In this document: positions 15,501-28,940 of the stretch, piece after piece
How the letters are laid out: each line of letters starts with the position of its first letter
Numbering within the stretch: the stretch's first letter is position 1
Program-made: the position numbers and the translations under genes
Origin: the human T2T-CHM13v2.0 reference genome, Homo sapiens
Assembly (NCBI RefSeq): GCF_009914755.1
Contig: NC_060925.1
Strand: one strand, 5' to 3'
Length of the DNA: 64,000 nucleotides
The notes under the pieces: model-generated
What the model was told of the DNA's origin: nothing
Database searches by the model: none
Seen by the model: the letters and a program-made list of their open reading frames with translations, nothing else

Positions 15501-17003
15501 TCAAATGGAATCGAATGGAATCATCATCAAATGGAATCTGATGGAATCATTGAACAGAATTGAATGGAATCGTCATCGAATGAATTGAATGCAATCATCG
15601 AATGGTCTCGAATGTAATCACATTCTAATGGAAAGGAATGGAATCATTGCATAGAATCGAATGGAATTAACATTGAATGGACTCGAATGGAATCAACATC
15701 AAACGGAATCAAGCGGAATTATCGAATGGAATCGAAGAGAATCATCGAATGGACTCGAATGGAATCATCTAATGGAATGGAATGGAATAATCCACGGACC
15801 CGAATGCAATCATCATCGTATAGAACCGAATGGAATCATCGAATGGACTCGAATGGAATAATCATTGAACGGAATCGAATGGAATCATCATCGGATGGAA
15901 ACGAATGGAATCATCATCGAATGGAAATGAAAGGAGTCATCATCTAATGGAATTGCATGGAATCATCATAAAATGGAATCGAATGGAATCAACATCAAAT
16001 GGAATCAAATGGAATCATTGAACGGAATTGAATGGAATCATCATCGAATGAATTGAATGCAATCATCGAATGGTCTCGAATGCAATCATCTTCAAATGGA
16101 ATGGAATGGAATCATCGCATAGAATCGAATGGAATTATCATCGAATGGAATCGAATGGTATCAACATCAAACGGAAAAAAACGGAATTATCGAATGGAAT
16201 CGAAGAGAATCCTCGAACGGACCCGAATGGAATCATCTAATGGAATGGAATGGAATAATCCATGGAGTCGAATGCAATCATCATCGAATGGAATCGAATG
16301 GAATCATCGAATGGACTCGAATGGAATAATCATTGAACGGAATCGAATGGAATCATCTTCGGATGTAAAAGAATGGAATCATCATGGAATGGAAGTGAGA
16401 GGAATCATCATCTAATGGAATTGCATGTAATCATCATAAAATGGAATCGAATGGAATCAACATCAAATGGAATCAAATGAAATCATTGAACGGAATTGAA
16501 TGGAATCGTCATCGAATGAATTGAATGAAATCATCGAATGGTCTCGAATGGAATCATCTTCAAATGGAATGGAATGGAATCATCGCATAGAATCGAATGG
16601 AATTATCATCGAATGGAATCGAATGGAATCAACATCAAACGAAAAAAAACGGAATTATCGAATGGAATCGAAGAGAATCATCGAATGGACCCGAATGGAA
16701 TCATCTAATGGAATGGAATGGAATAATCCATGGACTCGAATGCAATCATCATCGAATGGAATCGAATGGAATCATCCAATGGACTCGAATGGAATAATCA
16801 TTGAACGGAATCGAATGGAATCATCATCGGATGGAAATGAATGGAATCATCATCGAATGGAATCGAATAGAATTATGGAATGAAATCCAGTGTGATCATC
16901 ATCGAATGGACCCGAATGGAATCATCATCCAACGGATGCTAATGGAATCAACATCGAATGAATCAAATGGAAACACCATCGAATTGAAACGAATGGAATT
17001 ACC
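12542..17003. repeat. Two adjacent three-module units (2218 and 2244 bp); other n=3 units start at 3670, 7218, 18780, 22306, 30717 and 48266
   Basis: Landmark spacings 12542-14760 = 2218 and 14760-17004 = 2244, with three module starts per unit (e.g. 13346, 13814, 14256). Confidence 0.92.
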
Positions 17004-20000
17004 ATGAAATTGAAATGGATGGACTCATCATCGAATGGATTCGAAAGGAATCATCGAATAAAATTGATTGAAATCATCATCGAATGGAATCGAATGGTAT
17101 CATTGAATGGAATCGAATGGAATCATCATCAGATGGAAATGAATGGAATCGTCATAGAATGGAATCGAATGGATTCATTGAATGGAATCAGATGGAATCA
17201 TCGAATGGACTGGAATGGAATCATTGAATGGACTCGAAAGGGATCATTATTGAATGGAATTGAATGGAATCATCGAATGGTCTCGATTGGAATCATTATC
17301 AAATGGAATCGAATGGAATCACCGAATAGAATCGAATGGAACAATCATCGAATGGACTCAAATGGAATTATCCTCAAATGGAATTGAATGGAATTATCGA
17401 ATGCAATCGAATGGAATTATCGAATGCAATCGAATAGAATCATCGAATGGACTCGAAAGGAATCATCGAATGGAATGGAATGGAACAGTCAATGAACTCG
17501 AATGGAATCATCATTGAATGGAATCGAATGGAATCATCGAGTGGAATCGAATGTAATCATCATCAAATGGAATCAAAAATAACCATCATCAAATGGAATC
17601 AAAAATAACCATCATCAATTGGTATTGAATGGAATTCTCATCAAATGGAATTCAAAGGAATCATCATCAAATGGAACCGAATGGAATCCTCATTGAATGG
17701 AAATGAAAGGGGTCATCATCTAATGGAATCGCATGGAATCATCATCAAATGGAATCGAATGGAATCATCATCAAATGGAATCTAATGGAATCATTCAACA
17801 GAATTGAATGGAATCGTCATCGAATGAATTGAATGCAATCATCGAATGGTCTCGAATGGAACCATCTTCTAATGGAAAGGAATGGAATCATCGCATAGAA
17901 TCGAATGGAATTGTCATCGAATGGAATCGAATGGTATCAACACCAAACGGAAAAAAACGGAATTATCGAATGGAATCGAAGAGAATCTTCGAACGGACCC
18001 GAATGGAATCATCTAATGGAATGGAATGGAATAATCCATGGACTCGAATGCAATCATCATCGAATGGAATCGAATGGAATCATCGAATGGACTCGAATGG
18101 AATAATCATTGAACGGAATCGAATGGAATCATCATCGGATGGAAACGAATGGAATCATCATCGGATGGGAATGAAAGGAGTCATCATCTAATGGAATTGC
18201 ATGGAATCATCGTAAAATGGAATCGAATGGAATCAACATCAAATGGAATCAAATGGAATCATTGAACGGAATTGAATGGAATCGTCATCGAATGAATTGA
18301 ATGCAATCATCGAATGGTCTCGAATGGAATCATCTTCAAATGGAATGGAATGGAATCATTGCATAGAATCGAATGGAATTATCATCGAATGGAATCAAAT
18401 GGTATCAACATCAAACGGGAAAAAACGGAATTATCGAATGGAATCGAAGAGAATCTTCGAACGTACCCGAATGGAATCATCTAATGGAGTGGAATGGAAT
18501 AATCCATGGACTCTAATGCAATCATCATCGAATGGAATCGAATGGAATCATCGAATGGACTCGAATGGAATAATCATTGAACGGAATCGAATGGAATCAT
18601 CATCGGATGGAAATGAATGGAAGGATCATCGAATGGAATCGAATAGAATTATGGAATGAAATCCAGTGTGATCATCATCGAATGGACCCGAATGGAATCA
18701 TCATCCAACGGAAGCTAATGGAATCAACATCGAATGAATCGAATGGAAACACCATCGAATTGAAACGAATGGAATTATCATGAAATTGAAATGGATGGAC
18801 CCATCATCGAATGGATTCGAATGGAATCATCGAATAAAATTGATTGAAATCATCATCAAATGGAATCGAATGGTGTCATTGAATGGGATCGAATGGAATC
18901 ATCGTCAGATGGAAATGAATGGAATCGTCATAGAATGGAATCGAATGGATTCATTGAATGGAATCAGATGGAATCATCGAATGGACTGGAATGGAATCAT
19001 TGAATGGCCTCGAATGGAATCATTATTGAATGGAATTGAATGGAATCATCGAATGGTCTCGATTGGAATCATTATCAAATGGAATCGAATGGAATCACCG
19101 AATAGAATCGAATGGAACAATCATCGAATTGACTCAAATGGAATTATCCTCAAATGGAATCGAATGGAATTATCGAATGCAATCGAATGGAATTATCGAA
19201 TGCAATCGAATAGAATCATCGAATGGACTCGAATGGAATCATCGAATGGAATGGAATGGAACAGTCAATGAACTCGAACGGAATCATCATTGAATGGAAT
19301 CGAATGGAATCATCGAGTGGAATCGAATGGAATTATGATCAAATGGAATCGAATGTAATCCTCATCAAATGGAATCAAAAATAACGATCATCAATTGGTA
19401 TTGAATGGAATTGTCATCAAATGGAATTGAAAGGAATCATCATCAAATGGAACCGAATGGAATCCTCATTGATTGGAAATGAAAGTGGTCATCATCTAAT
19501 GGAATCGCATGGAATCATCATCAAATGGAATCGAATGGAATCATCATGAAATGGAATCTAAGGGAATCATTGAACAGAATTGAATGGAATCGTCATCGAA
19601 TGAATTGAATGCAATCATCGAATGATCTCGAATGGAATCATCTTCAAATGGAAAGGAATGGAATCATCGCATAGAATCGAATGGAATTATCATCGAATGG
19701 AATCCAATGGTATCAACATCAAACGGAAAAAAACGGAATTATGGAATGGAATCGAAGAGAATCTTCGAACGGACCCGAATGGAATCATCTAATGGAATGG
19801 AATGGAATAATCCATGGACTCGAATGCAATCATCATCAAATGGAATCGAACGGAATCATCGAATGGACTCGAATGGAATAATCATTGAACGGAATCGAAT
19901 GGAATCATCATCGGATGGAAACGAATGGAATCATCATCGAATGGAAATGAAAGGAGTCATCATCTAATGGAATTGCATGGAATCATCATAAAATGGAATC

Positions 20001-23000
20001 GAATGGAATCAACATCAAATGGAATCAAATGGAATCATTGAATGGAATTGAATGGAATCGTCATCGAATGAATTGAATGCAATCATCGAATGGTCTCGAA
20101 TGGAATCATCTTCTAATGGAAAGGAATGGAATCATCGCATAGAATCGAATGGAATTATCATCGAATGGAATCGAATGGAATCAACATCAAACGGAAAAAA
20201 ACGGAATTATCGAATGGAATCGAAGAGAATCATCGAATGGACCCGAATGGAATCATCTAATGCAATGGAATGGAATAATCCATGGACTCGAATGCAATCA
20301 TCATCGAATGGAATCGAATGGAATCATCGAATGGACTCGAATGGAATAATCATTGAACGGAATCGAATGGAATCATCATCGGATGGAAATGAAAGGAGTC
20401 ATCATCTAATGGAATTGCATGGAATCATCATAAAATGGAATCGAATGGAATCAACATCAAATGGAATCAAATGGAATCATTGAACGGAATTGAATGGAAT
20501 CGTCATCGAATGAATTGAAAGCAATCATCGAATGGTCTCGAATGGAATCATCTTCAAATGGAATGGAATGGAATCATCGCATAGAATCGAATGGAATTAT
20601 CATCGAATGGAATCGAATGGAATCAACATCAAACGGAAAAAAACGGAATTATCGAATGGAATCGAAGAGAATCATCGAATGGACCCGAATGGAATCATCT
20701 AATGGAATGGAATGGAATAATCCATGGACTCGAATGCAATCATCATCGAATGGAATCGAATGGAATCATCAAATGGACTCGAATGGAATAATCATTGAAC
20801 GGAATCGAATGGAATCATCATCGGATGGAAATGAATGGAATCATCATCGAATGGAATCGAATAGAATTATGGAATGAAATCCAGTGTGATCATCATCGAA
20901 TGGACCCGAATGGAATCATCATCCAACGGAAGCTAATGGAATCAACATCGAATGAATCAAATGGAAACACCATCGAATTGAAACGAATGGAATTACCATG
21001 AAATTGAAATGGATGGACTCATCATCGAATGGATTCGAATGGAATCATCGAATAAAATTGATTGAAATCATCATCGAATGGAATCGAATGGTATCATTGA
21101 ATGGAATTGAATGGAATCATCATCAGATGGAAATGAATGGAATCGTCATAGAATGGAATCGAATGGATTAATTGAATGGAATCAGATGGAATCATCGAAT
21201 GGACTGGAATGGAATCATTGAATGGACTCGAAAGGGATCATTATTGAATGGAATTGAATGGAATCATCGAATGGTCTCGATTGGAATCATTATCAAATGG
21301 AATCGAATGGAATCACCGAATAGAATCGAATGGAACAATCATCGAATGGACACAAATGGAATTATCCTCAAATGGAATCGAATGGAATTATCGAATGCAA
21401 TCGAATGGAATTATCGAATGCAATCGAATAGAATCATCGAATGGACTCGAATGGAATCATCGAATGGAATGGAATGGAACAGTCAATGAACTCGAATGGA
21501 ATCATCATTGAATGGAATCGAATGGAATCATCGAGTGGAATCGAATGTAATCATCATCAAATGGATTCAAAAATAACCATCATCAAATGGAATCAAAAAT
21601 AACCATCATCAATTGGTAGTGAATGGAATTCTCATCAAATGGAATTCAAAGGAATCATCATCAAATGGAACCGAATGGAATCCTCATTGAATGGAAATGA
21701 AAGGGGTTATCATCTAATGGAATCGCATGGAATCATCATAAAATGGAATCGAATGGAATCAACATCAAATGGAATCAAATGGAATCATTGAACGGAATTG
21801 AATGGAATCGTCATCGAATGAATTGAATGCAATCATCGAATGGTCTCGAATGGAATCATCTTCAAATGGAATGGAATGGAATCATCACATAGAATCGAAT
21901 GGAATTATCATCGAATGGAATCGAATGGAATCAACATCAAACGGAAAAAAACGGAATTATCGAATGCAATCGAAGAGAATCATCGAATGGACCCGAATGG
22001 AATCATCTAATGGAATGGAATGGAATAATCCATGGACTCGAATGCAATCATCATCGAATGGAATCGAATGGAATCATCGAATGGACTCGAATGGAATAAT
22101 CATTGAACGGAATCGAATGGAATCATCATCGGATGGAAACGAATGGAATCATCATCGAATGGAATCAAATAGAATTATGGAATGAAATCCAGTGTGATCA
22201 TCATCGAATGGACCCGAATGGAATCATCATCCAACGGAAGCTAATGGAATCAACATTCAATGAATCAAATGGAAACACCATCGAATTGAAACGAATGGAA
22301 TTACCATGAAATTGAAATGGATGGACTCATCATCAAATGGATTCGAATGGATTCATCAAATAAAATTGATTGAAATCATCATCGAATGGAATCGAATGGT
22401 ATCATTGAATGGAATCGAATGGAATCATCATCAGATGGAAATGAATGGAATCGTCATAGAATGGAATCGAATGGATTCATTGAATGGAATCAGATGGAAT
22501 CATTGAATGGACTGGAATGGAATCATTGAATGGACTCGAAAGGGATCATGATTGAATGGAATTGAATGGAATCATCGAATGGTCTCGATTGGAATCATTA
22601 TCAAATGGAATCGAATGGAATCACCGAATAGAATCGAATGGAACAATCATCGAATGGACTCAAATGGAATTATCCTCCAATGGAATCGAATGGAATTATC
22701 GAATGCAATCGAATGGAATTATCGAATGCAATCGAATAGAATCATCGAATGGACTCGAATGGAATCATCGAATGGAATGGAATGGAACAGTCAATGAACT
22801 CGAATGGAATCATCATTGAATGGAATCGAATGGAATCATCGAGTGGAATCGAAAGGAATTATGACCAAATGGAATCGAATGTAATCATCATCAAATGGAA
22901 TCAAAAATAACCATCATCAATTGGTATTGAATGGAATTGTCATCAAATGGAATTCAAAGGAATCATCATCAAATGGAACCGAATGGAATCCTCATTGAAT

Positions 23001-26000
23001 GGAAATGAAAGGGGTCATCATCTAATGGAATCGCATGGAATCATCATCAAATGGAATCGAATGGAATCATCATCAAATGGAATCAAATGGAATCATTGAA
23101 CAGAATTGAATGGAATGGTCATCGAATGAGTTGAATGCAATCATCGAATGGTCTCGAATGGAATCATCTTCTAATGGAAAGGAATGGAATCATCGCATAG
23201 AATCGAATGGAATTATCATCGAATGGAATCGAATGGTATCAACACCAAACGGAAAAAAACGGAATTATCGAATGGAATCGAAGAGAATCTTCGAACGGAC
23301 CCGAATGGAATCATCTAATGGAATGGAATGGAATAATCCATGGACTCGAATGCAATCATCATCGAATGGAATCGAATGGAATCATCGAATGGACTCGAAT
23401 GGAATAATCATTGAACGGAATCGAATGGAATCATCATCGGATGGAAACGAATGGAATCATCATCGAATGGAAATGAAAGGAGTCATCATCTAATGGAATT
23501 GCATGGAATCATTATAAAATGGAATCGAATGGAATCAACATCAAATGGAATCAAATGGAATCATTGAACGGAATTGAATGGAATCGTCATCGAATTAATT
23601 GAATGCAATCATCGAATGGTCTCGAATGGAATCATCTTCAAATGGAATGGAATGGAATCATCGCATAGAATCGAATGGAATTATCATCGAATGGAATCGA
23701 ATGGAATCAACATCAAACGGAAAAAAACGGAATTATCGAATGGAATCGAAGAGAATCATCGAATGGACCCGAATGGAATCATCTAATGGAATGGAATGGA
23801 ATAATCCATGGACTCGAATGCAATCATCATCGAATGGAAGCGAATGGAATCATCGAATGGACTCGAATGGAATAATCATTGAACGGAATCGAATGGAATC
23901 ATCATCGGATGGAAACGAATGGAATCATCATCGAATGGAAATGAAAGGAGTCATCATCTAATGGAATTGCATGGAATCATCATAAAATGGAATCGAATGG
24001 AATCATCATCAAATGGAATCAAATGGAATCATTGAACGGAATTGAATGGAATCGTCATCGAATGAATTGAATGCAATCATCGAATGGTCTCGAATGGAAT
24101 CATCTTCACATGGAATGGAATGGAATCATCGCATAGAATCGAATGGAATTATCATCGAATGGAATCGAATGGTATCAACATCAAACGGAAAAAAACGGAA
24201 TTATCGAATGGAATCAAAGAGAATCTTCGAACGGACCCGAATGGAATCATCTAATGGAATGGAATGGAATAATCCATGGACTCGAATGCAATCATCATCG
24301 AATGGAATCGAATGGAATCATTGAAAGGACTCGTATGGAATAATCATTGAACGGAATCGAATGGAATCATCATCGGATGGAAATGAATGGAATCATCATC
24401 GAATGGAATCGAATAGAATTATGGAATGAAATCCAGTGTGATCATCATCGAATGGACCCGAATGGAATCATCATCCAACGGAAGCTAATGGAATCAACAT
24501 CCAATGAATCGAATGGAAACACCATCGAATTGAAACGAATGGAATTATCATGAAATTGAAATGGATGGACTCATCATCGAATGGATTCGAATGGAATCAT
24601 CGAATAAAATTGATTGAAATCATCATCGAATGGAATCGAATGGTATCATTGAATGGAATCGAATGGAATCATCATCAGATGGAAATGAATGGAATCGTCA
24701 TAGAATGGAATCGAATGGATTCATTGAATGGAATCAGATGGAATCATCGAATGGACTGGAATGGAATCATTGAATGGACTCGAAAGGGATCATTATTGAA
24801 TGGAATTGAATGGAATCATCGAATGGTCTCGATTGGAATCATTATCAAATGGAATCGAATGGAATCACCGAATAGAATCGAATGGAACAATCATCGAATG
24901 GACTCAAATGGAATTATCCTCAAATACAATCGAATGGAATTATCGAATGCAATCGAATGGAATTATCGAATGCAATCGAATAGAATCATCGAATGGACTC
25001 GAATGGAATCATCGAATGGAATGGAATGGAACAGTCAATAAACTCGAATGGAATCATCATTGAATGGAATCGAATGGAATCATCGAGTGGAATCGAATGG
25101 AATTATGATCAAATGGAATCGAATGTAATCATCATCAAATGGAATCAAAAATAACCATCATCAATTGGTATTGAATGGAATTGTCATCAAATGGAATTCA
25201 AAGGAATCATCATCAAATGGAACCGAATGGAATCCTCATTGAATGGAAATGAAAGGGGTCATCATCTAATGGAATCGCATGGAATCATCATCAAATGGAA
25301 TCGAATGGAATCATCATCAAATGGAATCGAATGGAATCATTGAAAGAATTGAATGGAATCATCATCGAATGAATTGAATGCAATCATCGAATGGTCTCGA
25401 ATGGAATCATCTTCTAATGGAAAGGAATGGAATCATCGCATAGAATCGAATGGAATTATCATCGAATGGAATCGAATGGTATCAACACCAAACGGAAAAA
25501 AACGGAATTATCGAATGGAATCGAAGAGAATCTTCGAACGGACCCGAATGGAATCATCTAATGGAATGGAATGGAATAATCCATGGAGTCGAATGCAATC
25601 ATCATCGAATGGAATCGAATGGAATCATCGAATGGACTCGAATGGAATAATCATTGAACGGAATCGAATGGAATCATCATCGGATGGAAACGAATGGAAT
25701 CATCATCGAATGGAAATGAAAGGAGTCATCATCTAATGGAATTGCATGGAATCATCATCAAATGGAATCGAATGGAATCAACATCAAATGGAATCAAATG
25801 GAATCATTGAACGGAATTGAATGGAATCGTCATCGAATGAATTGAATGCAATCATCGAATGGTCTCGAATGGAATCATCTTCAAATGGAATGGAATGGAA
25901 TCATCGCATAGAATCGAATGGAATTATCATCGAATGGAATCGAATGGAATCAACATCAAACGGAAAAAAACGGAATTATCGAATGGAATCGAAGAGAATC

Positions 26001-26324
26001 ATCGAATGGACCCGAATGGAATCATCTAATGGAATGGAATGGAATAATCCATGGACTCGAATGCAATCATCATCGAATGGAATCGAATGGAATCATCGAA
26101 TGGACTCGAATGGAATAATCATTGAACGGAATCGAATGGAATCATCATCGGATGGAAATGAATGGAATCATCATCGAATGGAATCGAATAGAATTATGGA
26201 ATGAAATCCAGTGTGATCATCATCGAATGGACCCGAATGGAATCATCATCCAACGGAAGCTAATGGAATCAACATCGAATGAATCAAATGGAAACACCAT
26301 CGAATTGAAACGAATGGAATTACC

Positions 26325-28940
26325 ATGAAATTGAAATGGATGGACTCATCCTCAAATGGATTCGAGTGGAATCATCAAATAAAATTGATTGAAATCATCA
26401 TCGAATGGAATCGAATGGTATCATTGAATGGAATCGAATGGAATCATCATCAGATGGAAATGAAAGGAATCGTCATAGAATGGAATCGAATGGATTCATT
26501 GAATGGAATCAGATGGAATCATTGAATGGACTGGAATGGAATCATTGAATGGACTCGAAAGGGATCATTATTGAATGGAATTGAATGGAATCATCGAATG
26601 GTCTCGATTGGAATCATTATCAAATGGAATCGAATGGAATCACCGAATAGAATCGAATGGAACAATCATCGAATGGACTCAAATGGAATTATCCTCAAAT
26701 GGAATTGAATGGAATTATCGAATGCAATCGAATGGAATTATCGAATGCAATCGAATAGAATCATCGAATGGACTCGAATGGAATCATCGAATGGAATGGA
26801 ATGGAACAGTCAATGAACTCGAATGGAATCATCATTGAATGGAATCGAATGGAATCATCGAGTGGAATCGAATGTAATCATCATCAAATGGAATCAAAAA
26901 TAACCATCATCAAATGGAATCAAAAATAACCATCATCAATTGGTATTGAATGGAATTCTCATCAAATGGAATTCAAAGGAATCATCATCAAATGGAACCG
27001 AATGGAATCCTCATTGAATGGAAATGAAAGGGGTCATCATCTAATGGAATCGCATGGAATCATCATCAAATGGAATCGAATGGAATCAACATCAAATGGA
27101 ATCAAATGGAATAATTGAACGGAATTGAATGGAATCGTCATCGAATGAATTGAATGCAATCATCGAATGGTCTCGAATGGAATCATCTTCAAATGGAATG
27201 GAATGGAATCATCGCATAGAATCGAAAGGAATTATCATCGAATGGAATCGAATGGAATCAACAGCAAACGGAAAAAAACGGAATTATCGAATGGAATCGA
27301 AGAGAATCATCGAATGGACCCGAATGGAATCATCTAATGGAATGGAATGGAATAATCCATGGAATCGAATGCAATCATCATCGAATGGAATCGAATGGAA
27401 TCATCCAATGGACTCGAATGGAATAATCATTGAACGGAATCGAATGGAATCATCATCGGATGGAAATGAATGGAATCATCATCGAATGGAATCGAATAGA
27501 ATTATGGAATGAAATCCAGTGTGATCATCATCGAATGGACCCGAATGGAATCATCATCCAACGGATGCTAATGGAATCAACATCGAATGAATCAAATGGA
27601 AACACCATCGAATTGAAACGAATGGAATTACCATGAAATTGAAATGGATGGACTCATCATCGAATGGATTCGAAAGGAATCATCGAATAAAATTGATTGA
27701 AATCATCATCGAATGGAATCGAATGGTATCATTGAATGGAATCGAATGGAATCATCATCAGATGGAAATGAATGGAATCGTCATAGAATGGAATCGAATG
27801 GATTCATTGAATGGAATCAGATGGAATCATCGAATGGACTGGAATGGAATCATTGAATGGACTCGAAAGGGATCATTATTGAATGGAATTGAATGGAATC
27901 ATCGAATGGTCTCGATTGGAATCATTATCAAATGGAATCGAATGGAATCACCGAATAGAATCGAATGGAACAATCATCGAATGGACTCAAATGGAATTAT
28001 CCTCAAATGGAATTGAATGGAATTATCGAATGCAATCGAATGGAATTATCGAATGCAATCGAATAGAATCATCGAATGGACTCGAATGGAATCATCGAAT
28101 GGAATGGAATGGAACAGTCAATGAACTCGAATGGAATCATCATTGAATGGAATCGAATGGAATCATCGAGTGGAATCGAATGTAATCATCATCAAATGGA
28201 ATCAAAAATAACCATCATCAAATGGAATCAAAAATAACCATCATCAATTGGTATTGAATGGAATTCTCATCAAATGGAATTCAAAGGAATCATCATCAAA
28301 TGGAACCGAATGGAATCCTCATTGAATGGAAATGAAAGGGGTCATCATCTAATGGAATCGCATGGAATCATCATCAAATGGAATCGAATGGAATCAACAT
28401 CAAATGGAATCAAATGGAATAATTGAACGGAATTGAATGGAATCGTCATCGAATGAATTGAATGCAATCATCGAATGGTCTCGAATGGAATCATCTTCAA
28501 ATGGAATGGAATGGAATCATCGCATAGAATCGAAAGGAATTATCATCGAATGGAATCGAATGGAATCAACAGCAAACGGAAAAAAACGGAATTATCGAAT
28601 GGAATCGAAGAGAATCATCGAATGGACCCGAATGGAATCATCTAATGGAATGGAATGGAATAATCCATGGAATCGAATGCAATCATCATCGAATGGAATC
28701 GAATGGAATCATCCAATGGACTCGAATGGAATAATCATTGAACGGAATCGAATGGAATCATCATCGGATGGAAATGAATGGAATCATCATCGAATGGAAT
28801 CGAATAGAATTATGGAATGAAATCCAGTGTGATCATCATCGAATGGACCCGAATGGAATCATCATCCAACGGATGCTAATGGAATCAACATCGAATGAAT
28901 CAAATGGAAACACCATCGAATTGAAACGAATGGAATTACC
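26325..28940. repeat. Two tandem 1308-bp (single-module) units
   Basis: Landmarks at 26325, 27633 and 28941. Private marker ACAGCAAACG at 27261 and 28569. Confidence 0.93.
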
